Shown here: piece after piece, positions 14,890-28,831 of the stretch | Position numbering within the stretch: position 1 is the stretch's first letter | Layout of the letters: each line of letters opens with the position of its first letter | Assembly (NCBI RefSeq): GCF_006345805.1 | Contig: NC_043003.1 | Span: 74,214,001 to 74,278,000, forward strand | From: Octopus sinensis | Taxonomy: Eukaryota | DNA length: 64,000 bases | Reading direction: 5' to 3' | The notes under the pieces: model-generated | The model's database searches: none | Seen by the model: the letters and a program-made list of their open reading frames with translations, nothing else | What the model was told of the DNA's origin: nothing | Program-made: the position numbers and the translations under genes

Positions 14890-16030
14890 TTTTTCTCTGT
14901 CTCATGTTATGCCGACATTAAACCAAACGAGCAAGCCAGAACAAATGGTCAAATGTCCTTTGCGTCGTTCCTTCAACTGTCTACAAACTCTTTAGAATCC
15001 GTGCTGTTCCTAATAAGGCAGTCTTCTGCAGAATTTCCATTTACATGGTAATTCCTAGCTTCTCAAGCCGTGCATCGAACCTGCTACTAAATGCCCCCAG
15101 TACACCATCCACAATTGGTAGCATTTCTAAATACTTGGTTTTCCATATTTTCCTAATTATACTTATCAGCTCCTGGTATTTCTCAACTTTATTACTTTCC
15201 TTCTCATTTGCTCTGTTGTACCACTTTGAGGCAATATCCACAATAATATCAGGTTTCTAGGCATAATAAAATGGTGATATTGGATGGTCATGTTCCATTA
15301 GATCTTACATTGTTCATTTTCAGCAACTTATTCCTGTTGTTTCTCATACCTTTCTCACTTTTGCTCATCTCATAATTTTGACAGGTGTTCCAGAGAGCCT
15401 ATCTGGCAATGCTACCGGGGTGCCTTTTCTTGTTTCCTTTTTGTACATGCATCTTACATTTACTAATAATGTAGTTTATTGTTTCACTATTCTCCCCCAC
15501 ATATCCTATAAAGCGGGTAAATGACTTCCGAAGATTGAACTTGATGTAATTCGTTTCTGTATCTGTTCTACGGTTGCAAAGATATGTGCTTCAGTTACAA
15601 TTTTCAACTCGCTTTACCTACTCCATTCCAAGTGATTATTTTTGTCAAGTGTTTCAGGCATTTCCAGCAAGAATTGTATCTGCCTTTCCAACTATTCAAG
15701 GTGTTAATCTGTTTGTCATGTTTAAATTATATTTTTTCTATTGCTTTATCACTGATAAAGACTATTCATGCTATCAATTTCTCCTTTGAATTCTTTACAT
15801 ACAATGTCACATTATTTTCCTCAGACTTCAAACACAATTTACTGCTAATGTGATCTCTCCCTCCTCTCTGTCGTGATAGATACATGCTGTCCACTTTTGG
15901 GGTGTAGAAACCCTTGTAATACCATCATTTTCCAGGTATTTCCATCAAGGTCCTTAAGTTCATCCCTGCTCCACTCTATCATACCCGCTATATATCTTGT
16001 AGAGGGAAAAATGATTAACTTAAGGCCGGT
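14890..16030 (-). mobile_element. Divergent R4/Dong subfamily fragment
   Basis: Endonuclease C-terminus KESNKVEKYQEL..IRKIW..PIVDGVLGA (15041-15241) and EWSRDELKDLDGNTWKMM..GFLHPKS (15845-16063); abuts a TTA tract. Confidence 0.82.
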
Positions 16031-16589
16031 CTTGGACGCTACTGGAAATATGTAAGCCAGCACAACCTCTGTCCCATGGTCGAGTCATCGGGGATGAAAG
16101 CGGCAACGCCATGAATTTCCTTGGCAAGGAGGAGGGTTTTTGGACATCGTGCGGGATGAATAACAAAACCTGTCACAAGGTGGAGAAAATCAGGCGAGTC
16201 AACTGTCATCCTAAAACTTTTAAAGTTTGCAGCTACAGAGTATAAAATTCTGGATCGGTGACCAGTGCATGATATCTCCCTACAATTTTAAGGTGCGAGG
16301 GCTCCTGAAAGTTGCTTATGTTACACTCTAGAGATGGTTTCTCAAAACCAAAAAGGTAATAAATACAAATCACGGTCATGAAGAACCTTAAAATCACTGA
16401 CCTTGATGTGTAAAACGAATCAAAGCAATCATTTACACAAAGACCTGGGTGGTGTTGGAGCTTGTAGAGAAAATACCTCGTCTGGAATTTGTGTTCTAGG
16501 TGACCATCGCAGGCTCAGGCATCGTCATTATACAAGAATGAAGTGGGTTAAGGCGGTAACGTATAAATGTTTTATGTATACTGTGTGCG

Positions 16590-17008
16590 GTGCCTACTAG
16601 TGGTATTTGTTGTATGTTATACATATTCATAATTACTTGCATTTTGAATCTGTATTTGTCTGTTTTTAAATCCACATCCGGGTTTGCCCTATTTCCAGAT
16701 TTTTGTATTTTGCAAGTTTCTCCGTTTCTTTTAGAGACACCTTGTAATCCGGATGGGATTAATACGATGATTAGAAAGCATTTCTCTACTTGATGATTAT
16801 AACAACCATATGCTTGATCTATCTATCTGTGTCCTTTTTCTATGGTTGCTGTTGTATAGTGAAAATGTATACCTCTACTTTACAACAGTTGCTTTGTTAT
16901 CTTCTTAGAAACTTTGCGAGATACGCTCATACCACCCTTTCCTTTGGACATCCCATAGCGTCGGCATAGCTTCCAGTCTATTTAGGAATCAACTGTCATG
17001 TGTCACCT

Positions 17009-17070
<62 letters not shown>

Positions 17071-18900
17071 TTAATGTGTGTGAGTCAGTAAAATTGTGAC
17101 TTCATGTTTATTGTCGTCTCTTGTCTGTCTTTCCAAATCTACAAAGGTACATGTTTTCACTTAGAATTTAATCATATCCCTATTTTTTCTTCTCGTAGGT
17201 ACTTATTCATGACTCTTCCAGTCCATATAGGTCCCAACTGTCATGTCTGGGTATATATTCGTTCTTTATTGTTTCTTCTTCATCAAATCATATTCTGCCG
17301 TTACTTTTGTATTTTACTTTATTATGTGCTTCAAGTGGTTTCTGGTGGGGTGGTTTTGATATTTGCCGCAATTAAATATCCTTCAGTCTCTGGTATGTCT
17401 TCTGAATTTCTGAAATACTGTTGATTTTACTTCGTCTATTTTTCTCTTTATTTTATCTCTGTATTTGCCATTGAATGGCTTTTCCTGCAATCATTTTATC
17501 ATGAAATATTTCGTTCCAGCTTTAGTTTAGGTTTCAGTCGATCTAAAAATTTAATTGTTTGCTCTTTGTTGTCATAGTTCTAAGTTACTATGACTCTTTC
17601 CTTGTAGCCTTCGACTTCCTTAAAGACTGATAAGAGGGGATTTTGATTTCCTCGTGTTTTGTGGTTATTTGTGTCAGTTTTCCTTGCTTCTGAGTTAGAT
17701 GTTCTGTAATCATATGGTGGTTCTTTTATAGAAGTCTTGTATAAGACTTCCAATACTTCAGCTCTGTGTCAGATTTTGTGAGAGTATTAAAAAATCCGTC
17801 ATTATTTTAATTGTTTTCCTCTCTAGTGTAGTTAAATCATTTAGTGTCCAAGTAAGAATATTGTAATTGTAACTCATAAACTGGGACAGCTAGATTATTG
17901 ATACATATTATCTTGTGTTTAGTATTGAGCTCTTTTTAAATATTAATCTAACTCGTATATAGTATTCTTCCGCATCTCCTGTTTCCTTTGTGTGTGTCGT
18001 ATCGTATCAAGTTTATTGATTCTTAAGTATTTGTCATCATCATGTTTTCCATAGCTTTATGCGAATTTCTACTACATCACGAGGTACAGCTAAATTTTCC
18101 TGATGTTGGTTCCGCGATATTTTCTTATTTGAACGTAATGTAGGTGCGTGTTCAAATAGTACATTTGCTATTGATTGCTGACTAGTAAACTATAATCCTT
18201 CCATTCAATCTGTTATGTCTAGTTTTTGTTTGCATTTTGTCTTAATTGTGTGATTAGTGGCATATCTTTTAATGTCAGGCAGTGATATGTTAGACTGTCC
18301 TGTGATATCAGTTAATGCCAAATTTATAAGATGAGAGAAGTGAAAGTCATTGGAGTTATAATATTATCGAGTGTTACTCTATAAAGATATTTGTTGTATT
18401 ATCGCATTAGGTGTTGAATGTTCAGATTTTGTTGCATTATAATAGTTCGTTGCATTTCTTGAGTATCTTTCAAATCTTAATGAGTGGTGGCTTTGCAAAT
18501 TATATAGTGCTTAGTGTCCTTCTACTGTTTGAGTTGTTTCATTCCATTGCATGCGATTGTAAATATTGTCTGTGCCAGACACTCGCTATATTGCCCTGAA
18601 TTCCGTTATGAATCTGGGAATGGTTTATGTGATCTACATGATTGCACAAGATATACTGGTATTTCAGACATTTTTATTCACTTCCTTTTCCCATATTCTT
18701 CTTATTTCAATTGTGGTATAATTGGCTTTCGACAGCCCCATCTCGTTATTTCCGAAATTTATTCAGATTCTGCGAGGTGTTATTTGTCTTCTTTTGTTAT
18801 ATTTCATCATATATCGGTTTACTAATGGCTTCTCTTTACATGCAAGTCACTATTTGCGATATCCTTTCTAATTCTGTGTTAATATGATTCTATATCCAAG
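16590..18900 (-). mobile_element. Old, decayed R4/Dong copy with internal TA expansion
   Basis: Patchy similarity to 11920-12870 and 14400-14800 (ETEGYLIAA at ~17365-17392; ttagaaagcattt); many stops. Confidence 0.7.
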
Positions 18901-21900
18901 GGGATAAATAGCCTTCTTTAAAGAATGACAATAAATGCCTTACATTCCGTGAGCAAGCACGTTGTAGACTTGATTTGTGGGGTTTTCCTGCGTTGTTTTG
19001 AGGAATTTGTATGTTTTATCGTCTAGCAACTGTGTAGATATTGTTATCCTCGAAATTAAACCGACCACTGACAAAAAGAGGCGGGAAAATGATTGAGCGC
19101 CAGATGCTACGCGTGCCACGGGTATTTTAATGATTAACAATTACCTAATTATAAGTGAAAATCAACTGAGAATGGTGGTAGTATCCATAAAGCTAATTGA
19201 TATTCTTGTGGTACTCCCGATCTATTGTCCTCTTAGGCAGCAGCTATCAACAGAATAAACAACAACAGCCACCCAGCAAACTTAAAAGTGACAGCATCAG
19301 CAACAAGAAGCAACAATATCTACAGAACCACCTTCCGCATCTAAACTATAATTTCCACTCAGTATATTTGCCTATATCAACACAAAGAAGCATATACAAG
19401 CGCGCCGTACAGATAATTGCTATTGTGATGAGGCCAAAGTGGCAAACCTTTATAAAATGTCTTAACCTGGGTGATGTGTAAAGTTTAGAATTCCCAAATC
19501 GAAAGTCCTGCCTCAAACTGAATGACAGAAAGGTTGACTGAGTGGTAAAGTTTCCGCCAACGTGGCTCACAACAGCGTCAATAACAACCACAAATACAAC
19601 ACCATCCGCAGTAATAAACAGAAACTAGTTGTAAAAGAACAAGAAGTAACAGTGGGACACAAAACAAACATTGCAAAATCACGTAGAGAGTAACAACATC
19701 AACAACCAAAGGTACCACAGCAATCGTCTCTAAACTTCACTGATGTATTCTGAAACAGACGTGTGCTGTTGGAATAGTTTACACAACAAAATACACAAAC
19801 ACAAAACAAACACACACATACGCATGTGGAGTCGGGTTTATAACCCAGAAAATAAAACAATACATTGATTACTGTTAATGTAATCAGCTCTCTACATGAC
19901 ACAAAATAAATTTCACGTATGACATCAGAATTCTGCGAAACAGAGTAGACCAAATATTTGGAGGTAACTATGACAGAAATGCAGTCCTTGTGCAAAAAAA
20001 GAAAAACTTAACTCCTCTAGAAGTGACATCTCGCGGAGTCTTTTTTGTCTTCCAAGAAACATTGCATAATTTAACATGGCAAAGTTTATGAAACATGGAG
20101 AAACACTAGAAGCAAATGAAAAAGCAACGATAATGGCATAAAAAAAAACGAAAGCATAATGTTCTTTTTTAAAGAAAAACATATGACAAGGAAAGTAAAT
20201 ATATTTGAGTCTGAAGATAAACACCAAATATTTACATTATGAAAGATATAGTAAGAAATATGATAACATTAATAGCAGCCACAGCAGTCTCACAGATTGT
20301 TGACACCGGTAATATGTAAGCGTGCCAGATGTATCACAAATGGCAGTGCAACCTTGCTCGAAGAATAATCAAGGAACAAGCAAGAAAGTGAATGATATAA
20401 AGGGGGGGAGAGGGAGAGGGAGAGAGAGAGAGTACCAAACTACTTTGTTTTTTTCAAAGATGAAATCAGTTTCTGATATGTATAATGAAAATTTAGCAAG
20501 AAACAATGGTTGCTTAGTGAAAAAAATATGATGCAGTGACTGACCTCCAATGCGTGGAAGATTGTACCAGGTTAGTGGATGCCATCACAATGTGTGTTGA
20601 GACAAAGTACTGGATTGATGACTGGTTACATTGTTCCTAAGTTGGGCATTACATGTTGCGGTTACTAACACATGGTAAACGTGGAGGAGAAATCATTTTA
20701 TGAACTAACAGTAAACTAACGATATAAGAAACATGTTCCAGTATCTCTTAAAACTGGAAGATTTCAATATTTTATCTAAGTATATTACTTTGTTTTTTAT
20801 AGGACATCTATGGTTTCGCAAATTCTTGGACATCTGTGCTTTTGGCAAAGATATGCGTATGTAAAATAGATTGATTACCCCAGTTCGTAAATATCATTAT
20901 TAATTTTGAGTTGAGATTTTAATGAAAATATTTTTATAGATTATATGAAAAATGCAGATGTCAATTGCATGAAGATACAGCATAACATCTGCTATTTGCT
21001 GTTCTTAAAGTAGATACATATCAGTATATATCAGCTGTTTGTAGCCACAATCATCTCACTTGCTTCATTGGTGATTTATCATTTAATTTTCCCATGAAGA
21101 CGTCTAACATAAGGAGATATTTCAACTCAGCTCGTATAAGCTGCAACAGTTTCGAAGAAAATAAAACCTATTAAACTCGCACTTAGCTTCTGGCGAATTA
21201 TACATAAAGAGACTGAGATACTTTTGCAGCTACAAAGTAATATATAAATTTTAGCCAGAAAGAGTAGTGTTTGTGCGTGTATGTGTGTGTGACAGATAGT
21301 GAGAGGGATTGGAGAGAGAGTGAGAGAGAGAAAGAGAGAGGGAAGAGTATTGTTAGTTAACACCGGCACTCTGAAAGTGATATACCCACTGAAGTAACTC
21401 ATTCCGTACGCTCGTTGCCATTTTCCCGTGTAAATTTGTGGAAAATAATGTACTATTCTCCCTGTGTATATTTACGTCCAATGAAGAATTCAACATTCGG
21501 CTATTTATGTTTAACACTATTGGGGTAGTAATTTTATAATTAAATATTTCTCATATTACGATAGACAGAAACCCTTTTATTATATTTCAAATAAGCGTTA
21601 TTATTCTGTAACTTGTTATTATTCTCTGAAATCCAATAACTGCTATAGTAAGTGTCTATTTTACTTATCTCAGAATTTGCGTGGTTCATTGTCAATTTAA
21701 AATATTCGTAGTATTATAACTTACCCAATTTCTTCTATATTATGAAATTATGTGCAATATTTAGATATTGTATTCATTCTCCCCGTGTATATTTTATGTC
21801 TATTCATGATTTTCATTTCAATTGCTGTTTCCCCAACATTACGAATCTCACATTTATTGCATTATTTGCATTTCGAGGACTAAAATTCTATACTCAGTTG

Positions 21901-23249
21901 GCTTTTACCTTTTATTGTATTAAACTTGATAATGTCTTCTGTGTATTTACAATATCTCCTTTACTGTAATTGTTCCTTACGCGTCTTGTCAATTTCTATT
22001 TATTCTTAGGTTTCTAAGAGATTCCTTCGATATTTCTTGATTCAGACTCATTTTCGATTATTGTTTTTATGTCATCTTAATTATTCAGAGAATTTAATCC
22101 AGGTATTTTCTTTCAGTTCCCTTGGCTCTTACTGCATTCTACTTTCCACATTCTATCTCAATAAATGTCAAATATCCATTCTCGTTAATTGCGCCATTTT
22201 ATCCAGATGTATTTGTTGTCTCAGTATGAATACTCACAAAGCTAGCCTGACTTATTCCATTCTCTCACAATACAATCAATATCTCAAATCTTCTGTGAAC
22301 ATGCGAAAAGAATGCATTGTACTAGAGACATGCTTAATGATTTCCTTCAAATTTGATTCAGAATACTATGTCACGTCGGGACTATATAAGATGAATGCTC
22401 GCCAAAATAATGGAAAGACATTTTGACAGCAGGTAAACCAGATTTATAGAAAGCTGTTGTCGTTTCTCTTTTCACTGTCAGTCATATGAAGGAAAGTATT
22501 TGTGATGCGACCTGCAGTCCGACTCATTATATGCATATTGTTCGCATAACTACCCTATACAATGCCTCCTTTCTTCAGCAAACCATTTCTTTGTGACTTG
22601 ATATATATTTCTTTCTAGAATGTCGGGTGATCACGTAGAGGTGCTCCTGCTAAAATGTTGCTATTGTTTGTGGTCAGGTAAGCCATGTCATACTTGATGC
22701 ATAAACAATGAAATCCGTCCTTCGCATAAACAACTATATCGACAAGAATGATGGCAACCACCACAGAGAGATGACAACATTATCATCAACAGTGTAATGT
22801 GTCACGAATTTTTTTCATGAACTGGTAATAGAATCCTAAAAATATTGGTTATATAATAGCTGTAATGGTACAAGTGGAACACATTTTTATGCAATGGTAA
22901 GTATTCGGCTTTTCGACAAGGTTAATTATCCGTGAAGTTAGCTGAGTAAGTCACAAGTTTGTGTACACGTAATTAAATTTCAAATCAATCTGAGGTTCAA
23001 ACCTGACACAGGGATATAATTATGGTGCCACAAAGAAAATGAGAGAATATCACTTGCATCAAATAGGTTGATGCTCTAATAATAATTTTAAATCAGCAGT
23101 TATTTAGTACCAATTATAAGTAATTTCGTAATTTCATTTGCAGATATCATAACTCACTATATTGAGACTATTATATATACATACATACATACATACATAC
23201 ATACATACATACATACATACATACATACATACATGTATAAATATATATA

Positions 23250-23292
<43 letters not shown>

Positions 23293-23363
23293 TCCCGGGT
23301 TGAGTCGGGGTTAACCACAGTAAATAAGGTACTCAATACATAGCAGAGTAAATTAATTTATTT

Positions 23364-23473
23364 TATAGAAGGAGCTTCTACAGGACTAGAACTGTTTCAT
23401 TCAAATGAAATCATCAGGAAGGCTTCCTGATGATTTCATTTGAATGAAACAGTTCTAGTCCTGTAGAAGCTCC

Positions 23474-23480
<7 letters not shown>
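23364..23480. repeat. Perfect palindrome (58-bp arms, 1-nt spacer) in a TA-flanked insert
   Basis: 23364-23421 is the exact reverse complement of 23423-23480. Confidence 0.97.
23422..23470 (+). ncRNA. Type-I hammerhead ribozyme motif (mirror copy on the minus strand)
   Basis: Stem I GCUUC/GAAGC; CUGAUGA 23427-23433; weak stem II UUC/GAA closed by U.U; GAAA 23446-23449; stem III ACAG/CUGU; GUA triplet 23463-23465. Confidence 0.78.
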
Positions 23481-23545
<65 letters not shown>

Positions 23546-23572
23546 GTAAAATAATATGTGACAATTATTCAA

Positions 23573-23643
23573 TAGCCAAGATAAAACTCTCAGTTTCGGA
23601 TGCCGAGGTGGAAATCCACAACACCATCTCTTCGGTATCTGGC
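23573..23643 (-). ncRNA. Degenerate hammerhead-like motif in a second TA-flanked insert
   Basis: Minus strand: GCCAGAUA-CCGAAGA-GAUG..GUGGA/UCCAC..CAUC-C-GAAAC-UGAGA-GUUU-UAUCUUGGC. Core U-to-C change and an extra U. Confidence 0.5.
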
Positions 23644-23699
23644 CATCTCTATTTCCTCTAGTTACATAAGATTGGGGTCTCGTTATCTTACCGTTTTTA

Positions 23700-23738
<39 letters not shown>

Positions 23739-23739
23739 C

Positions 23740-24000
23740 CAGGGAATGTTTAAGAAAACAAAGTTGTTTTTTTTTTATTTGAGACTACATAGACAATGTT
23801 TTAGTAGGATAAGGACAATTCCCGTGAGCACTGCTTTTGCAGTCCTACCATCTTTGGGTTTACTGGTATCTGAGGTAGGTAGTAATTAGCCCGTACGCAT
23901 CATTCCCAATGCTCCTATGACAACAGGTATTGTTCTATTTCTAGATTAAGATCCCTTTACTTGATTAGTTTGTGGCAGTCTTGATAGATAGATATCTATG
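23740..24000 (-). mobile_element. Old R4/Dong 3'-end fragment
   Basis: cctatgacaacaggtattgtt (IPVVIGA) and tagtaggataag are homologous to 24250-24390. Confidence 0.75.
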
Positions 24001-24003
24001 ACT

Positions 24004-24051
<48 letters not shown>

Positions 24052-24052
<1 letters not shown>

Positions 24053-27000
24053 TACGTTTGACTTTTGCTTTATATTTGTACAAGTTGGCTCCAAGTCTCA
24101 CCCAGAGACCTCAAGAGACAACAGGGTTGAAAGTTCATGTTGTTGTTATGCCTAGTGTGCCATATATTTGGGGGGGGGGTTGTACTAATGAATGCCTAAA
24201 AAAAAAAAAAAAATTTTTTTGTTTTAAACCTTGAGATTACATAGAAAGTATTTTGCGTAGGATATGAGCAGTTCCCATGAGCACTATCTTTTGAATTTCT
24301 GCCATTTTTGGGTTTCCTGGTATCTGAGTTAGGTAGCTATCTGCCCCTTTTGCTATCATTCCCAGGGCACCTATGACAACAGGTATTGTTTTAGTCTTCA
24401 GCTTCCACATTTTGCTGATTTCTATTTCAAGATCTTTATATTTGCTCAGTTTTTGGTAGGTCTTGACAGATACGTTTATATCGATTGGGACAGTCATATC
24501 AATGAGGAGGCATGTTTTTGTTTGAAGTCTTTCAATATGATGTCTGGCCTATTTGCATCTATCTTTCTGTCAGTTTGAATGGCGAAGTTCCAGAGGAGTG
24601 AGATGTGGTCATTTTCAAGCACTGGGGGTGGTTTGTGTTCCCACCAGTTTTTTTCATGGGGCAAATCCAGGTTTTTACAGATTACCCAGTGAATATATTG
24701 TGCAGCTCTATCGTGCCTGTTGAGATATTCTGTAGGCGCTAGAAGACTGCACTTGGAGACCACATGGTCAATGGTTTCATTTTGTTGCTTGCATACACGA
24801 CATGTTGGACTGCTTCTGATCTTTAATATGTTGGCCTGGTAGTTTCTTGTTGGTAGGCATTGATCTTGAGCTGCTATGATAAACCCCTCTGTTTCCGATT
24901 TTAAGCCAGAGGCCATTAGCCATTGATGGGTCAGGGTTTTGTCAACATCTGCATTATTTGCTCTCGTTGGGTATTTGCCATAGAGACGTTTTTCTTGCCA
25001 TTTATCATTCAGAATATCTAAGGCCGCAGATTTAGCACGGGTTTTCATGCGCTTAGCTTTTTCTGTGCCTGTTTCTTGTATGTCTATCTCTAATTCCGAA
25101 ATTGGTTGTATTCGGAATTCACTTAGGTATTCCTTTGCCTGTTTTGTTACTGAGTATGATGCTTTCTTGTTTTCATGTTTTGAGACAAGTTTTAACATCC
25201 AGTCCTCAGAGTTTTTCAGGTAGGTGTCTAGGCCAATTGTAGCAATCTTCATTGTTATTGCCAGTTGTAAAAGTCCACGGCTTCCCTCTTTTCTTGGCAG
25301 ATAAAGTCGTTCTGTATCTGCCTTAGGGTGGTGCATTCTATGCATTGTCAACAGTTTTCGTATTTTTCTGTCAAGATTACATATTTCAGTAATTGACCAG
25401 TTAACGATACTGAAACTGTAAGTCACGACTGGTATGGCTAATGCATTGATCGCTTCGATCCTGTTTCTCGCATTCAGCTCTGTCTTGAGTATTGCTCTTA
25501 CTCTGCGATAGCATTCTCTCCTGATCCTTTCCTTCATCTCTGAATGCCTTATTCCTCCTCCTTCAATTAACCTTAAATACTTGTAGTTCTCTGCTGGGTC
25601 TAATCCTTTTATGACATTCTGCTGGTCAAGGTTAACGTTAGATGTTTCTGTCATTTTTCCTTTGATAAAGGTAGCTTTTGCGCATTTATCGAGGCCAAAT
25701 TGCATTATGATGTCATCACTGAATTGTTTGACAATCGCTAGTAAGCCCTTGAGTTGCTGGTCATTTTTTGCAAAGAGCTTTAAATCATCCATGTAAATGA
25801 GATGATTTATATTTTTATCAAACATTTTATATCCGTACTGCGCATCATTGAGCAGTTTTGAGAGAGGTATTAAGGCTAAACAGAAGAGGAGCGGTGATAG
25901 TGAGTCACCCTGGAAAATGCCACATGAAATTTTTACATCACCAGCATTTAGAGATTCATTGTCACTGTTCAAAGTTAGTGTGGTTCTCCATGATCTCATA
26001 CTTACAGACAAAAAGTTTCGCAGAGCAGGTGCTATCTTATACATTTCTAGGCATTTATTAATCCAGCTATGTAGTAGGCTATCAAAAGCCTTTTTATAGT
26101 CTATCCAGGCTATTGATAAGTTTTTGTGTCGTTTGTGACAATCTTCTAAGATCATCTTATTGATGAGTAGTTGATCTTTACAACCGTAGGATCCACGTTT
26201 ACATCCATTCTGTTCATTAGGGAATATGCTGCTGTCTGTCAAAAAACTATAGGTATATTCCGTCAGGACAGATGTTAGTGTTTTATACATAGTTGTTAAG
26301 CAGGTTATGGGTCTATAGTTTTTGGGTTCATTTGTTTCTTCACTTTTTGGAAGCAGGAATGTTAACCCATTAACTAGCCAAGGAGGCATCCTACTAGGGT
26401 GTTGCAAAACATCATTGTACAGTTCTGCTAGCAGTTCATGGCTCTCTGGGAAGGCATTCAACCAAACGTTAGGGATTTTATCCTTTCCTGGAGACTTCCA
26501 TTTGCTTGACCTCCTGAGAGCAGATCTTATATCTTCTACCTTGACACCCTCCCACTTTTGCTCTTCTAAGGAGTCCAGTTCTTTAGATATTCTGTCAATC
26601 CAGGGGGCCTTTTCGCTGTGTGTTTTTTCTTCTGCCCAAATTTTATTCCCAAATCCCTGCACTTCTTCTTTTGATGGTACAGACTTTACAGTAACTGTTG
26701 TTTTTCCTATCTCCCTGTAAAAATGTTTGGGGTTATTTTTGAACATGTTGTTGTCCCTGTAGAATCTAATACGCTTTTCATACCTCGCTATGCGGGCAGC
26801 TTTAGCAGATACCTTTTGCTAGATGGTTTCTATGGTGGCATCAATATCAAGTATAGTTTTCATATTATATTTTTTCATTAGTTTTTGGGTTTTTGCAGGT
26901 TTGGTAGTCTTATGAACCTTAAGGTTTTTCAAATATTCAATGTCAGATCTAAATAGTTTAATTTGTTGTTGCAAACGCTCTTGCCAAGAAGGCTTTCTGT

Positions 27001-28110
27001 GGAAATGTTGCCGTTTTCTAATCTTTTCACCACATAGGATCGTTGAGATTTTCGCGGATGCATAGTATAGGTGGTTGAGATCTGTGATATCAACATCATT
27101 AGCTGAAATTATATCCTTAAGTGCAAGCCGGATTTTACCAATTATTTTCATGTTTTGGTTAGATTTGCGTATTTTAGGGAGTGTATCACGTTCATCCATA
27201 CTGGTTTCTTTAATTTTCATCCATTCAATCATGATTTGACTTTTTAGCTCATGTAGTTCTGTCGGGTCAATATTTGTGTGACTTTCTTCATATATTTGAT
27301 GTTCATCTGTCTTAGTGTTTATATTTGGTTCAGGGAGTATTTCACATTGCCTATCACTTATACTAACTCTTTCAATCCTTACTTCGTTTGTATTAGCTCT
27401 GAGCTGGTCTATAATTATTTCCTCTGTATTATCTTCTTTAGCTGCAGCTTCGTTCATTTTATCCGTTACTGCTTGTTTAAATTGATCAATCTCTACTTCA
27501 GTCAGTAATTTTTTTTTTATAATGTTTCTTCTGACGTTGACAAGTTTGTTACTGTCTATGTAGGGTCTTACTTCAGGGTGTTTCTGTCTCCAGTTTATGT
27601 AGGTTTGTATAGTGTTCGATTTATCTGTGGGGAAATATATGGCATGATAGAAGGCTGCAAGAACTTCTTTATTATCTTCCCTAGTCCATTTTTCCTTCTT
27701 TTTCTTTTGAGTGTGTGGTGACGAGCATGGATGGCCATCTGTTGGAATATTCCAGTTGCGGGGTACGTCCAGCTCCTGTGTGTCGGGAAAATTTGATCCA
27801 GTAGCTGATATTTCAATCAGACTTTGGTTCAATTTTCGGGTACGTGGTCTTTTGTAATCCGCGCAATGACCAATGCGGTTTATTGTTTGATTTGTTGACC
27901 TTGAAGCATGACGAGCTTCGACTCTTACATTAAGAGACGGATCTGTCAGTTTAGGATTTTCTGCACGTAAACATTGTTCGTAGCGTAGTTTCCTAAGGCT
28001 AGCAGATCTGTATTCGTCTGTATTTTTTTTGTTGATAGTTTTATCTCCGGGCATAGTTTTCCCTTCTTTTTATTTATTTATTCATTTATTTCTTTAAACT
28101 TATGAAAGGT
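24052..28110 (-). mobile_element. Near full-length R4/Dong-clade non-LTR retrotransposon inserted at (TAA)n
   Basis: Single-ORF RT plus restriction-like endonuclease architecture. A 185-bp 3' UTR ends exactly at the TTA array 24008-24051. The 5' boundary is approximate. Confidence 0.96.
24237..28054 (-). pseudogene. R4/Dong polyprotein of ~1270 aa (Myb-like N-terminus, RT, CCHC, PD..D endonuclease) with two disablements
   Basis: ORFs 26819-28054 and 24494-26746 are in frame and separated by one TAG at 26819-26821. A 1-nt loss near 24515 breaks QKTCLLIDMTVP. Motifs: KWTREDN, YRPITCL, IDYKKAFDS, GIFQGDSLSP, YMDD, CRVC..ETIDHVVSKC, RHD, RPDI..ID, K..KY. Confidence 0.95.
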
Positions 28111-28763
28111 TCACTCTCGCTGTATTAGTTCGAAAAAATGAGAATAAAATACGAGAAAGGAAAAAAAATAATAAATAAATAATAATAATAAACAAATATA
28201 AAATAAGAATTATCATCATCACTGTCATCACTGTCATCATCATCATCATCATCAATGACATTGTTTTATGTATAGTCACAGCGGTAGCTTATTATTATTA
28301 TTATTCTCACTATCACCATCACCACGGTAGAGTGGTCATGTTCTATAAATAGATTCATCAGATGGTGGACAAAGGACATTTTGGGTCAGGAAAAGGTCAA
28401 ACCTGTTTACTAGTACCAGCGTTATCTTGAAAAGCAATCCAGCTATATATATATACCTATACACATATGTATATATATATGTATATTCACATACGCATAT
28501 TTTCTGATATTCACTCGAGGATTTTTTTTTTTTTTTTAATTTCTGAGTTCAATTGTGTTTGGAAAAAAAAAAAAAAAAGATTTTTGCAAAGGGAAGAATG
28601 TTTACATTTTCGAATGCTCAGAAAATTTTTCTTTTCTTTTTAAAAGTTTAAAAGTTATGCTGTGGTTTACAGTTTTTGTAGTTGTGCAGTGTATATATAT
28701 TGGTATACGCTTACTTCCATAGTTTTTTATCGTGCATTTAATTGTGTTGTTACAATAAAAGGC

Positions 28764-28831
<68 letters not shown>

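Noticed and set aside
16036-16590. GC-richer segment as a retroelement 5' UTR with an HDV-like ribozyme
   Set aside because: I could not assemble P1-P4 pairing or assign a family by eye.
26819-28054. 411-aa ORF as a separate gag-like ORF1
   Set aside because: It is in frame with the RT ORF across a single TAG, and R4-clade elements have one ORF.
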